This document shows positions 36,217 through 52,329 of a stretch of 64,000 bases of DNA, in pieces (positions within the stretch are counted from its first letter, which is position 1; the number at the start of each line of letters is the position of its first letter). Source of the stretch: Gonapodya sp. JEL0774 (Eukaryota); NCBI GenBank assembly GCA_027604505.1, contig JADIIX010000039.1, forward strand, positions 1 to 64,000, read 5' to 3'. Below the pieces are notes generated by a model. It was not told the DNA's origin and ran no database searches. It was given only the letters and a program-made list of their open reading frames with translations. Made by a program: the position numbers and the translations under genes.

Positions 36217-39200
36217 ATGGTAGTCCGCGGCCTCGTTGCAACAATCGAGCTCACACCGGCCAACGCCGCGTCCGTTTCCTCCGCGGGTTCCACCTCCCCT
36301 TCGACATCACCCCTCGAAATGAGACCCGCAAATGAAATGTGCCTCAGGATGCTGGAAACTGACGAACTCGTTACTGACGAGGTGTGTTTTGTGAGCTTGG
36401 GAGAGGAAACTTTCTGCTGGCTTTTGTCTCTTGGAATCGATACCAGAGAGATGTTCCATCCGAACTCGGATCAGAATGTTTCTCTGGAAGGCCGTACAGG
36501 CGTGAAGCAGACGTTGTGCTGGAGGGGTGTACCCCCCCAATGTGGCCGGCCAGAGCCTCTTGGACTTTCATTCGGAGGAACCTCTGCACAAAAACTGGGA
36601 TTCGTCCACCTACTTCGTAGCCCACCAATACCGGTGTCCCACGAATAGGTTGGCGGATAGGTGGTTGGGGACCAGAAATGGTCACGGTCCGCTCTTATGG
36701 ATTCCTAGAAGGTTGTGTTTGGTGAAAGCGAGGAACGTCGCAGAATTGCAATTTTACGACAATTCCCTCTTCTTCCCCAAATATTTTGCAACCCCAGTCT
36801 CTACGCCGCCGTATCAAAGACCAAGATCACCTCAAACTCTGTCCTCACCCTACCATTGAAGCATCCGACCTTGCAGATCGTTTGCGTGCATTGACCACAA
36901 CCCCCCAAGGAGCCGCTGGAGCGGATGCGAAAAGGGTACTATTTGTGTTACAAAGATACTTGAAGGTGAGTTTTGCTGTGCTTCGCGTAGTCTATTGGAA
37001 GTGCATCCTCGTTATATGTTGCGAGCATTGCAACATAGGCAATTTGTTGCCGCGGGGATCAACCACATCATACGTTATTCATCTCAATGTGACCAGTCTT
37101 TCATTCCAAACCTATGTTTTTAATCATCCAGGAGCCTGACTTCTCGGCGTCCTTCGTCCTTCGTGGCGGTGCCCAGGCATTACAGCGTTGCGTCTCAGCA
37201 GCGGATGGGAACACACTGGCTTACGCTTTACAAGCTATGCACTATCTGGTTGAGCAAAAAGGGTGGGAGGGGCTTGATGTGGATGTAGTGGGAGGCGTGA
37301 GTGCGCTGGTGCTGGGAACACAACCCCCTCTCCCGCATAGCTTAATAGAACCGTCTGTTGCCCCCGCCCCCGATATGACAACAATACCACTCGTTGACTC
37401 CCGGGCATCCTCACTGCAGCTTGTCACAATCCTAGTTCGTGAAGAGCTGACAAATATCTGCCGTCCTGCAACTGCCATCCTAGCGAAGCTCGTCTCCTCC
37501 CCACCCACAGCTCCTGCTCAAACTCCTTCCGAGCCCTCCCCTACCCCTCAACCACAAAACTCCACTGACCTCACTGGCTTCGATAGTGTCAGTTCCGCCA
37601 TGTCCACACAGTCCGCGTTTCTCCCTACCCTCGTTCGCAGGCTCTCTGCACCAGACCCAACTATGCAGCTCGCCTCGCTCCACCTACTTAATGTTCTCAT
37701 CCGGCATGCTTCGCACTCGGCAAGAGATGATTTCACCCGCCAGCTCGAAGCTCTTCATTGCTCATCCCACGTGGCTCGCATGGCCCTGGTCGGCGGATCC
37801 GAGGAAGCCAAGACACATCTTGCGGAGTACCAGACCTTGGCGGTCAGAGAACTCCACAGGAAAAAGAGGAGGGCGATAGTTTTGGATGGGAAGGCATCAG
37901 CGCACGGAAAGTTTATGCAAGAGGTGTGGTCAGCAGCGGTCGACGTTGTAGGTGGCCAGGCGGAAGGGCGAAAGTGGAGAAAAGTCGGGTTTTCGGTAAG
38001 TTCACCTCCTAAAATTGGAAAACTGATATAGTCAAGCGCGCTCTGTTGTGACGGCTCAAAACGTGTTTTGAACCAGTCCGAAAATCCTCGTCGTGAACTA
38101 GCACGCGTCGGCGAGCTGGGGTTAGAAAATCTTCACAACTTTGTGCGCACTTGTGGGTCCCTTCCATACGTCGGACCACCAGGAGTGGTCGCACCGACCT
38201 ACCTCCAGGGACCCTCGGGGCCCGCGGCATTCGCACGTCTTCTGGCCGAGCAACAGCAGAAACCAGTCGAAAGGAGGTGCCCGGTGGCAAAGGGGAGCAT
38301 GGAAGTTACAGAGATGCTGAGCGACTACTGGGAGATTGGGACTGGCTGTTAGTAAACCCAAGTTCCCTCTAAATTTTACACTAAAGTCCATATTTGCCTC
38401 CATGAATCAGACTCCACTTCAACGACTCTCCAGCCTCTGCTTCTCGCCTTCGATCAAGCGCATGCCGCAACCCTGGAACTCTGGATTCGAACCTGGCGTG
38501 ACTTGGATGCTGTGCACACCTCTGAGGATGTGCAAAAAGTCTCAGCTATGGTTCGATCTCAGTTCAAGTACTCTGTTGCCGGTGTTGCCAACGCTGGAGT
38601 ACCGCTTCAGCATCAAGGGCAATCGAATCAACTGCAGCAACAACCAATATCTTCCAGCGGGGGGTCGGGAAGTGGTCCTGGTGCGGCTGCGGCGGCTCAA
38701 CAGGCGGCAGCGACCGCCGTGACAGCAATGGTCGAGCGGTTCAGGAAGGACATGCTGGAGGTGCCATTTGTGGTCATCAGGCAGAGGATGCAAAAGGAGA
38801 TTGAGATGGAAGATGATCTGATGTCGAAAGCCGCGATAAAGTAAGACACGGGAAGCACGGCGTGGCCCGAGTTCTGATGGTGGTATCGGCTGTTTTAACA
38901 TCTGTGATCATTGTTCCAAAGGAACCTTCGTGATGCTCTCTTCAAAGAGTCATACCAGTTTGTGAAACAGCAGCGCCTCTCGTGCCTTCAGGCTGGTGCT
39001 TGGTTTCCTGTCGTGACAACCAAGGGAAGGGTCAAGAATACACACAGATTTTACAGACTAACAAGCAACAGGAAAACTCTGCACTGGGCAGAGTTTCAAG
39101 GTGATGGTGTTACAGCAAGGAAACCGGACATGACGGAATTGGGAGAGAAGAGTACGTACTCGAATTTCAATGTGGATCATATTGGGCTCAACGTTTGACT

Positions 39201-40728
39201 CTTCTCGGCAGTCGACCTCACGAACACAATAGACATTCTCACGGGAGCAGCCGTTCCCCTCCTTTCTTCAAAGAAAATTAACGAAAATCCTGCTCTCTGC
39301 TTTTCTCTTTCGTCTTCAAGCGGCGGTGATACAGGAAATGCAGATATCTCCACTCTTGCCGATTTTTTCTGCGAGTCGCCCACCCAGTTGGCGGAGTGGG
39401 TTGACGGGTTTGGGATGCTGTTCGAGCGTAATATGTCATCCAAGGAAACGTCATCATTTGTCCAGCAATTAGCCGATACGGGCGTGAAACTCGCATTGCT
39501 AGATTTAACAGGTGACAAGGTTGACATACCATCGACAGAGCCGGATGTGCCGGAACTGCCTGTGGACGTGGACTTCTACTACCAGAGCGCAACACAACAA
39601 CGAGCAGTGACCGACGTGAAAGATCAAGTTATGAAAGAGGTATTGAGAGCAGGAATTGGCGCAGCGCTTCTCGGCGGGGGGAAACCCAAGCTGCGGCCAG
39701 TGTCAGTTCCTGGTGAGAAAAAGGAGGAACTCCAAGATGGAGACTCCAAGCAGACCTCAAAGAATAGTGGACATTCTTTCATGGATTTGGGGAATGAGGC
39801 GGGTTTTAAAGACGACAAGGTGTTGGAAACAGTTGGCGCCCCAAACTCTAAACCGAAATCTATGCGGCCCCTGTCTCTCATAACGGAAAAGCCAGTACCC
39901 GCGAACATTAGAAAGCTCGGATCTGATTCTGTTTTGGTCAAATCCACGGGTGGTTTGAGCCCGACTTCCTCGCCAAAACATTCCAGACCAGAGGTCGGCA
40001 AAACAATATCATCAAGCTCCTCATTAAGGAGTAATACAGTCCAAACTCACGAGTCAGACGGATTTCATGGAAAGGACAGTCAGCAAAAGAACTCCACGAT
40101 TGCGAACGATGACTGCGTTGGTCCGATCGACGAAGTCCTCATCCAAGACCACAATGTGAAATCACCTCCTGTACAACCAGACGCGGTGGGCTCTGTGGAA
40201 AAGTCGGCGGGTGACATTTCCCTCCCATCTTCAACAGTCATCCAGAAATCGAAAAACAATGAGTCGTCACGGACCTCTTCAAATCAAAGGCTGGAAAAGA
40301 ATTCCGGCGGAATAGATATAACACTGAAGGTCAAGTTGGAAAATGAAACGGATGAGGCTTCACCTCAATTGGATGAACCTCCGTACGCAGTAACTGACAC
40401 CGCGGATGCATCACCGTCAATCATTGGAGCGCCTCTCTATGCACGTAATTCCGAATCGTCGGATTCCAGAGCTCAAGGTTCGTTTTAAATTGCAGTCACT
40501 TGGTTCACGAGGATTTTCTCGACTTCCTGTCGGTCTCCCTTGAATCGTTTACAAGCAAACGAATTTATCCCCCGTGGACCCTCTCCAGAACAACGCGACC
40601 CCACGAGAACGGCACCATCCGTCGACTCTTCTACAGCCAAGCAACCCCAGGAATCATTGCTTTCAGGACGAAGAGAGGGAGAGGATGATGTTGAAAGACG
40701 AGATATCCCCGAACAGCAGCTCCAGTAG
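36217..40728 (+). CDS. ELMO/CED-12 family protein (ARM repeats, ELMO domain, PH domain, disordered tail)
   Basis: LRMLETDELVTDE, WRKVGFS|SENPRREL...GELGLENL, RCPVAKGSMEVTEML, FVKQQRLSCLQAGAWF, EWVDGFGML. Confidence 0.85.
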
Positions 40729-40782
40729 CAGTAGCAACATTCATATTTGTCACATTCTACCAATTTGTTTATGGCATAGGCT

Positions 40783-42484
<1,702 letters not shown>

Positions 42485-42832
42485 TGGGGAGGAAAAGAAC
42501 GATCGGATTCAAGGGGCTGGGTAGTTGGGGTGCGCCAAATGGACCCGGTCGGCTGTGGAGTGGTGTTGCCGTGTGCGGCGGAATCATAAGAATCCAGAGC
42601 ATAATAATCTTCAAAATCCTTTAAATAGTCCCAAGTGTACCAATTTCAAATACTGGAGCAATATTTCGCTGTCAAGAAGGTGCGCTTATTTGATTTCGAT
42701 TCACTTCCGCCCTGACTGTCTCTGAGGGAGATAATCAAACTATGTACTTGCGAGATATCAACGTATTCATATTGTAACATCCTTTCTCTGACATTTCCAA
42801 CTGGCACACCAAAACTCTTTTAAAGCATGTAA

Positions 42833-44824
42833 TCAAAGCCTCTCACTGGAGAGCGCACGTTGAACGAGCTGTAAGGAATGTAAGGTTTGACTTAGCACTC
42901 CCTCTTATTGCACAAATATGCTTCTCACCTTGTTTGTAACGAATTTTCTGATATCACCGATGAGATCAGCTGGTCGTTCGAGGGCAGCAAAGTGCCTGGG
43001 CAAAGGCTCTATGTAACACCCAATATTTGTCTCGCAGCACACGAATGGACTTACCCTCCACGCTCAAACACGGACCATTGTACAAGCTTAGGGCACCAAT
43101 ACTCGGCCCATCCTCTGGGAGGAACAAATATTTCATGGGGAAACGCGGCGCATCCCACAGGAATGTCAAATTTGACAGAGCTGAGAAGCTGAGCATCCAG
43201 CTGACGATGCATTGAGTAATGGTACAGGCGAAAAGACGAAGTTATAGTGTTCGTGATGTAGTAGATCATCACTACACCAAATTCCGTTAATTAATGTGAC
43301 ATTCCTCGACTGTGTGATCAATCTGCTCACCATTCGTCAAAAAATGATCAATCGAGATACTAGACGGAAAATCTCCATCGCCATCTCTCAAATCCGTCCA
43401 TTCATGCTGCGGGGAGAAATTGGTGGAGTCCATTAGAGCCAGCGCAACGTTCATAGTTCTCTCGAACGTCAATGAACCCACAAATTTCTCTCCTATCCAC
43501 GCCATAAGCCCAACAGGACTGTCGCTAACTGAGAATCCCAGTGTCTGTGGCTTGGTTGCTTGGATTCGCTGGTAGCCCGTCCCAGCGTTGCTGAAGTTGT
43601 TCACGTACTTATCAATGCGTTCCTGTTCGGCTGCTGTAGGAGGCACAACATTGGCATCTTTCGGAGGTCGAGGGAACGTCGGCATATTGAGCTGGGAAGA
43701 GAAAGCAAGGGGGAGAAGGAAGGTTAGGTGGTGAGGAGAGAGACAAATGAGGCTTAAAAGAGCAGGCACCCCACATGAATCGCCTTGCAAGAGTTTGGAA
43801 AAAGCAACCCCAATGCCTGGAATCATTGCAAGGTTAAATGGTGGAGCGAACGGTGGGGACGAAGAGTAAACAGATAGACACCTTCGTAACACTCGAGCCC
43901 CAATCGCCACCTTGCGCGACTACGGTATGGATAAATTTGAAAAGAAGCAGGTGATTTTCGCCATTCGGAAGGAAGGGTACATTCGAGACGAACGTTTTAC
44001 CATCTGTGAGGCTAAACAAACGCCAAATGACATACTGTACTACACCACGCACCATACGAATTATACCCGAGGTTCTTCATTACTTCATTGAAAACCTTGG
44101 ACACCTCGACGACTCCAAAGTCTCGGACTGTCGCTGCGGAGGAGAAACCGTATCCCACAAGTGACGGCACCACGACATGGAAAGCAGGGGCGGTAGGGGA
44201 AGGTGGATGGGTGAGCGGACGGATGATGTCGAGGAACTTTCGAAGAATTAGAGTTCGTGGTCAGTTCCAAGGGGCACTCCGCTCATACCTCTGACAGAGC
44301 GAAACGGGGGATGAAAAGAAAAAAAGTCAGCAACCGTACCGCGTGGTCCAATGATAGAAAGGATGGTACGTGCCAACGAAAGATCCCGGCCATCCGTGCG
44401 TCATCAGAATCGGAACTGCATCGGCCCGAGGAGATCGCTCGTGAATGAAATGCACGGAGACGCTCCCGTTTCCCCTCGGGTCCCCTTTCGCTGCTCCTAC
44501 GGGTACCGCGACGTCTAACTTGAAGTGATTGAACTCGTTGATCCGGCGCTCCCATATCGCCCAATCGTATTTATTTAACCAATGTTCAACCAATCTCTTG
44601 GCGACACGATTCGGCATCCTTGAAAAGACAGAAATCTGATCAGTAAGGAGAATTCGAGGCACTGCGCCGGGATTTGAAGTTATTCACCCATACTCCCAAG
44701 TGTCCCCTCCTCCGATGGGATTCGCGAGAGAGTTTTCCGGGAATCTGGCATTCCGAAGGCGTTCTTTAAGCGTAGCTAGAAGGTACGGTGGACAGCTCAC
44801 GCGGAACGGTGTCGGAGTCACCAT
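42833..44824 (-). CDS. Epoxide hydrolase (EHN + alpha/beta hydrolase), copy 1
   Basis: [41 protein letters not shown]...[19 protein letters not shown] acid/His region. Confidence 0.9.
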
Positions 44825-44976
44825 GTTTTCGGTATGTAAGAGTGCTGTGGATTCAGTCGGCTTTCTCTCTTCCGACTTCCAATCCTGAGCAGACAGCAAT
44901 CGAGACGGCTCTCTCTGAATTTTTATCGCGCAACCGGATTCACAGACAGGAGTTCAGAAAACTAATATACATTTTG

Positions 44977-46892
44977 TTAATCAATGTTCAGAAATCCGGT
45001 TCCTACTACACATGCGGGGATTCCCTCCTTCTCTGTAATCAAAGTTTTGAGGATGATAAAGCGGACTGCACTTCCTACAACGAACACTGTATCTGAATTT
45101 CGACGTTTCAAAACTTCTTCGCGATGAAGGCCCACCTTCACTGTTGCAAACTTCCGAATGTCTTCCACAAGGTGAGATGACTGTTCCATAGCGGCGAAAT
45201 GACTGGGAGTGCACAGTCCAACCGTTAAGGTGAGAACTGAGCCGCTTGAATACACAGCTCACCCTCCAGTTTTGAATTCGGTCCAGTGAATCAAATTGGG
45301 ACACCAATAGTTGACCCAGCTTTTAGGTGCAACGAAGATCTCATAAGGAAATGCTGCCACGCCCACTGGTTGGAATATGCGGGATGTATTCATCAAGCCA
45401 TCGTCGATGCCCAAGAAGAACTGATAGCGATAAAGCCGAACGGAAGATGTGATACAATTACTCCGGAAAGGGAAGAAGGAAAGTCAGACAGACATGCGGA
45501 CCCGGGAGCAATGACTAAAACAGAAGACCTACCTTATGTAATAAATCATGATGTTTGTCAACAAGTGGTCGAGTGATATAGATGGCGAAAAGTCTCCGTC
45601 ACCCCCTCGAAGATCAACTATCTCGTGCTATGCAGTGTATCGGTAACCACCTCCAGTTAAGTCCGCCCAATACTCCATGGCTATTAAGGAGCATCCTACT
45701 TACGAATTTTTCACCAATCCAAGCCATCAAACCTATGGGGCTGTCGCTGAGTGCAAATCCAAGAGTCTGCGGTTTGGTTTCCTGTATCCGCTGATATCCA
45801 GTACCTGAGCGTTCAAAGCCAGCTTTATAGTTGACGATTCGCGCGTGTTCTGCAGGAGTAGGAGGCTCCACATTTGCATCTTTCGGTGGTCGGGAGAAAA
45901 TAGGAAAGTTGAGCTTTGCGCGCAACGCAAAATGATTCAGTGACCTAACAGAAGTAGCAAAACTACCAAAATGCACACACGTGAATCGCTTTACAGCTTT
46001 CCGGGTGTACCACAGCGAGTGCCTTGGTGATAAAAGCTCCCCAGTCCCCACCTTGCGCAACTAGACGGAGACACTAATAAGAGTCAGGAAATCATCAAGA
46101 CAGCTTAATGAGAAACCCCACTATAGCGATGGTATCCCAGAGTCTTCATAACGACATTCAACACATTTGCGTTCTCGACCACCCCGAAATCTCGTACAGT
46201 TGCTGCGGAGGAGAAACCGTATCCCACAAGTGACGGCACCACGACATGGAAAGCAGGGGCGGTAGGGGAAGGTGGATGGGTGAGCGGATGGATGATGTCG
46301 AGGAACTTTCGAGGAATTAGAGTTCGTGGTCAGTTCCAAGGGGCACTCCGCTCATACCTCTGACAGAGCGAAACGGGGGATGAAAAGAAAAAAAGTCAGT
46401 AACCGTACCGCTTGGTCCAATGATAGAAAGGATGGTACGTGCCAACGAAAGATCCCGGCCATCCGTGCGTCATCAGAATCGGAACTGCATCGGCCCGAGG
46501 AGATCGCTCGTGAATGAAATGCACGGAGACGCTCCCGTTTCCCCTCGGGTCCCCTTTCGCTGCTCCTACGGGTACCGGGACGTCTAACTTGAAGTGATTG
46601 AACTCGTTGATCCGGCGCTCCCATATCGCCCAATCATATTTATTTAACCAATGGTCAACCAATCTCTTGGCGACACGATTCGGCATCCTTGAAAAGACAG
46701 AAATCTGATCAGTAAGGAGAATTCGAGGACCTGCGCCGGGATTTGAAGTTATTCACCCATACTCCCAAGTGTCCCCTCCTCCGATGGGATTCGCGAGAGA
46801 GTTTTCCGGGAATCTGGCATTCCGAAGGCGTTCTTTAAGCGTAGCTAGAAGGTACGGTGGACAGCTTACGCGGAACGGGGTCGGGGTCATCA
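44977..46892 (-). CDS. Epoxide hydrolase, copy 2 (3' end approximate)
   Basis: Same motifs: [47 protein letters not shown]. Confidence 0.88.
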
Positions 46893-47129
46893 TATTTCTT
46901 GGAGTGCTGTGGATGAAGCAGGATGAATTGGTCGGATCCCACCGGCCGATGCCATCGATTTTTATAATAAGATAAGTCATTAAAGGTGCTATCATAGCTT
47001 AGAGGCATCTAGAGCCCTGAACATCTCATTCACTTTCTTGGAGAGCTGCCAGTCCACCGCAAATCTTAAACAGAAAGACCGTGAGGAATGGGAACAACTC
47101 CCGACACAAGGGCTGCAATCATTTAGTAC

Positions 47130-48754
47130 TCACGCGTCCCTTTTATTCTGCAACTCAACCATGCGACCTGCTAAATACTTCTTAATGTCCGCGACGGACA
47201 TGGGTTTGGACACACCTTTGGCGTCAATCGCGATGAACTCAGACTTGATCGCCTTTGGGTCCTGATTCACTCGCGCGATGAATTCCCCCACTGTTTGCAT
47301 AAGGCGTGCGTACTGTGGCTGGAACGCACCATACCAGACATGCGTTGTCTCCTCCATGGTGACTCCCACAATGGGACTTTTCTCTGAGTACCTTAGAGCA
47401 CATAAAAGTGCCTCGTCGTAGAGCCTTTCCACTGACCCTGCTTCAATGAGCATTGGAGGCAAGTCTGCGCGAGGGCTGGCGAACAGTGGAGACACCAGGG
47501 GATCGGTAAGTTCCTCGTTTTTAAGGTGGGCAACCCATTGGATTGGAGCCTGGACAATCAGTGCGTCAAACGGTGTCCGTACTAGAGATTTGTCTTCGTG
47601 GGCGAAGAAGAGCCAATCTCACCATGTGACCAAGTCGCTCCAGTGGGGGGATTATATCCAACGTGTGCAGCCAACGAGATGGACAACTGGCCGTAAAATC
47701 TGTCACTGGTGCAAATGGAACTACGCCTGCTGGCTTGAGCGCAAATTCTTGTTCTACCAAGAATCGAGATAAATTCATTGCCAGGTTTCCTCCAGCAGAC
47801 CACCCCGATAGAATTATTTTGTTGGGCGAAATGCCTAAACCCTTTGGGGCTTTATCGGTCAGGTAACGGATCGTGGAGTAGCCGTCGTGGATTTGCGCTG
47901 GGTGCTGGCCATAGCAGGCGACGCGGTATTCGGGGCAGTAAACGGTGCAGCCTGTGACCCGTGCGAGTTCGACTGTTTGGACGCGGGCGCTAGCGGCAGT
48001 TCCTACGACGTAGCCGCTACACGGATATTGAAAGGAGATTCCGAAAAAGAAGAGAGAGAACGTTTCCTTACCCTCCAAAAAAGTAAACGATAACCATGCC
48101 CTCACACCCGTTCACCCTTGCAGGCGGAACAGAGCCTGTCCATTCAATGACTTCCATCTTCATGGGGGCATCGGTTTTCGAGGGGGTGAAGTACGGAAGG
48201 TCTACTCGGGGAATGGAGACCTACACAACCCTTGCTCAATTTGAACCAGTCTCACAATAAAAGAAATCATAAGCACAAACCTCGGTTACTTTGGTACCTG
48301 GTTGCAATGGATCTGGCCAACCAAACAATTTGCTCAGTCCAGAAGCCGCTTCGGGTTCCAGGGACTTCCCACCAAAGGAAATCAATCAGAACATCCGTTT
48401 CTTGAGCCAGTCCAAATATCCCATATACCTTGTTTGCCTCTTGCACATGAACACGATCAGAGACACCCATGACTTTTCCGTACGTGAGGATTCCAGAGTA
48501 GAGTTTGTAAATGAAAAGTTCCCGAGCTCCCCAAGACGGGCATTCCTTTCGAATCCGGAAAAACAGCCAGTAGAGAAGAGTAAGTCATCAATCGACATCT
48601 GATGATACCGATCCCCTCGGTCCATCTGGCTCACCTTTGGGGAGCCCCATATGAACGAGCTGGTGACGGCGGTGGTCGCGTCAGCCAGCGCGCGAATCGA
48701 TGCTAGAGCTTGACTGGGCCTTATCGTAGGAGGCGGAATTTCGAAGGTGCCCAT
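47130..48754 (-). CDS. HSL-family alpha/beta hydrolase (esterase/lipase)
   Basis: HG|GGYVVGT, PEYR, GWSAGGNL nucleophile elbow, LPPMLIEAGSVERLYDE, HVW. Confidence 0.85.
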
Positions 48755-49011
48755 TTCGATTTGAGATGTTTGATTGGAATCTATCGGGAGTTCCGTTCCA
48801 CGTTGCCGATCAACAAAGCCAAGGGCAGATAGATATATTGTCATCACAATTATATTATAGTTGTGATATTACATATATATACAGCACTGCCAACAATCCC
48901 ATTCACTTTTTCGCGTTAGCTAATGTGGAACGTGAGAGTGTTTGTGGACTCCTAAAATTTTGCAAGCTGTGTTGCAGATCTCATTAAAGATCGACGAAGC
49001 ATATAATTCTC

Positions 49012-50180
49012 CTACTCCCTCATCTCAACATTACATTCACCCTGCCTTGGCCTTCGCAAGTGCCGGCCAAAGCTCCTACGATATGCAAACGGATGGAAAC
49101 ACGGGCCACCGATGTGAGAACCAAAGCTCGCAGAGTATACACCACGCGGCTCTGCACTCACTTTGCATTCGTCTTCCAGGAACGGCCCTGTCACGATACA
49201 CCCAGGCAGCTGGGGCTCCGCTGCCCCCGGTGTGCCGATGCGGGCAAGGACCTGGTGGTGGGAAGGGGAAGGGAGGTTGGTGAAGGGTAGAGGGGTGCAA
49301 GAGGTAAGGAGGAGAGCTTACCTCACGACATCTAAGGTTAATGGAGCCGGCCCTGATACGGATCCGTGGAGTAAGGTGAGTGCGATGTATGAGGGATTAA
49401 AATAGGAGTGATTTTTGTGTGGAAATGGCCGCGGAGACGCGACGCACCAGTACGGTAAGAAGTCCGGAAACCCAACACCGTACACGACTTCTTTGAAGCC
49501 ACAGTAGAGAATGTCTATCTTGGTGACATGGAGGCACAAGATTTGAATGAATATTGTGTTAGTCTGATGCCGTCGGTGTCTCAAGTGTCATTTGCACGTA
49601 CAGGCCATGCACATGCAGCATGGTTCACCTGGTTTATGGTATGAAAGGAAGTCAGTGGAGGAAGGAAGTGATGGAGAATGAGCGCTGCAAGTTGAAGAAA
49701 GTTGGACTTACCGGTAGTGAACAAAACCATGTTCCTGAAGTTTGGAAGGTTCGGAGACGTTTTTGCGATAAGTTTGCGAATAGCGTCCGTTTCACCGTGG
49801 TTGGTGGGGTCGAGCTTTGATAAGAGCATTGAACTATCAGGGCGGTTTGACTTTCTCAAGAGCGTTTAACTCACTTGTGAGTGATTGACTCCAGTTTCCA
49901 CGACTTCTCCTGATGCGAGATCTACGATAGAGCATCCATAAGGGTTGCTGGGGCTTTTTAAATCAGTGCAGAACAAGGATTGGTGGAGGGATGACGAAAG
50001 CTGGACACCAAGAAATAAGTGTAGAAATCACAGCGCACTTCTCTTTTCCCGCTTCGATCGCGACGCGCATCCACTTCTCGTAATCTTGAACAGACATTTT
50101 TGTGGATTGATGTTACGCAAGAGGGGCGAATCAAAGTGAATCGGTGTTGATTCGGTTTGAGCGGATTGATCGCGCTTCAT
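49012..50180 (-). CDS. Cytidine-deaminase-fold nucleoside/nucleobase deaminase
   Basis: PYGCSIVD, DPTNHGETDAIR, FTT|GEPCCMC, EVVYG. Ends approximate. Confidence 0.8.
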
Positions 50181-50296
50181 GAATGCCAAGCTCCTCAAAC
50201 CCTGCCCCTTAGGTCGTGGAAAGCCAGACTTTCTCTCATCTGCAGCCCATCTGCATTAACCCATCAACAACTTCAACTCAAGTCAGCTAAATCGAT

Positions 50297-52008
50297 ATGG
50301 CTACAGTTCCCTGTGGAAAGGTAATGTCGCTGCTCGTCCATTTGGTGCTCATCTTCCCTCCTTACCCCATCATCGTCTTCTTCACCCCCGTCGCCGACAA
50401 CTTCGCCAAATTCGAATCGCTTGTCCAGTGTGCAAAGTCTGTATACCCTACCGAGAAGGTGAGCCCCTCTTCGTCGTCCATACTATGAGCTGCATTGCTG
50501 GCCTTCTATGCCTCCAATCACCGCATTCATCTTCTAATCCATACATCCATTCTCTCACGTAACCCCGATACGTCTTCAACATCCGCAATTCAATGCCTTC
50601 TTCCATCACTCTTGAATCCCCGATATAACCAATTTACGATTCCTCAATGCCCCGATCGCACATGACCCAGATTGATGCAGCCGGCAAAGTCTTCCATAAA
50701 GCATGTTTCAAGTGTTCAAATGACGAATGTGGTCAGTATGTCGAATCTTGTGTGTCTGAACGCAATGAAAGGATGCGAGCAACGCGGCCCGCTAAAGTTG
50801 GTCCCTCCGCACTGGTTCAGTTCTGGTTCAATGAATTGATGCAGTCGTCACAATGAAAGTGTCTCACTCTTTGATAAGAGGCCGTAACGGTAAAGCAACC
50901 TAAAGTAGCACGGCTTCAGTGTGGGAATCATTTAAGTTGAGGAACTGGAGCTGGTGTGACAAGATGCTGTCACAAAATCCTTCAACTTCTTCTTGATTCC
51001 AGTTCTGCTTTTGTGACTCGTGCATTCAACACAATGAACCTCACCACCGCTTTGCATCTTACGTGGTCACACACTACACACTGCACACAAAGGAATTACC
51101 CTGTCGTTGAAAACCTTCAAGGCCCACGAGGGTGCTGTGTACTGCGAGAAGCACCTCCCGAAGCCCCGCGCGACCGCTGTTGCGGACTCCGTTGCGACAG
51201 TGCATGCCACGAGTAAGCTTCGTGTTTGTTTTGTTGGTTTTGTTGGTTCTTGGTAGTAGCGGCCGGGAAGTGGTGGTTTCAAAGAGAGGATGGCGAGGAG
51301 AAGTGAGGATGGGTGAGAGGAGCCTTACCAGCACTTTGTAGTCTCTCGGGCATTGTGGACCAGCGCGTGGCAACGCAACTGTCCCAACTTGTTCTGCGGC
51401 AAGGGATTTCGCCTTGACCTCAGAACATCTCTTTACCTCTCACATCACTCCTCACCACACCCCCGAACCAGCCGCGCCTAAGAAAGCCGCCGAAGGTCTT
51501 GCCAAGACGGTTGTGGGCACTGGTGATCCTGGCAAAGGTATGACTCTGGACAGCGTTTCACTCAAGCACGCGGTGAATGCACCCAAGAAGTCCATGGAAA
51601 ATCTAGGTGAGTAGTTGCCGCGAAGTGGATGCAGCATTGTCGGCAAGGAATGAAGCAGTGTGAAGCCTGCAGAGGGAGCAGAGTTAGAAGTGTGCACGTG
51701 ATAGCGCAAAGGGGCTCGTGCTTGCATATTGGGGGTCAGAAGAGTTGAAAGATGGAAAAGGGGTCAAGAGTGCGTATTGGAGCGCGAGGTGGAACTGAGG
51801 GAAAGAAAAACCCCATGCAATTGTGAGCGTGTAAAGCCCTCCTGTGTTCGTGTTGTTTTTCACGACTCCCACTGTAATACCCAAACATCCGCCTTTAACG
51901 CAATCTTCCAATGACCACCCTCCAGGCACGGCCCACAAGGGTGCCTCCTCTAACCACGAATCAGTCAACAACCTTGCCGGCGCCGGCGAGGGAACCGGGG
52001 AGCAGTGA
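50297..52008 (+). CDS. Small single-LIM-domain actin-associated protein (LimE/LASP-like)
   Basis: CGK|CAKSVYPTEK|IDAAGKVFHKACFKC...C|GITLSLKTFK...YCEKHLPKP. Confidence 0.85.
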
Positions 52009-52329
52009 ATGTACATGGTTTGGTGGAGCGAGTAGGCGAGAGTCGGGACAGAAAGACTGCAATAGATGTCACACGCGCATTTTTGTTTCGCGAAGCATGA
52101 ATAGATATAAGGGATAGATCTAAACATCGAGCGTAAAAGTACCCTCTCTCGAACGGCCGGCGCACATTGCCATATTAGCAGCCAACAAGACGCACTAGCC
52201 AGAGATGCATGCGTCTCATGCGAATGAAATGAAACTAAAACATAATATTTATGTACATAGACGAATCAAAATTACTCTCAACTCTACGGAAATGCAGGCA
52301 GCTTCTGAAGTCACTGGGAACCGCCAAGA

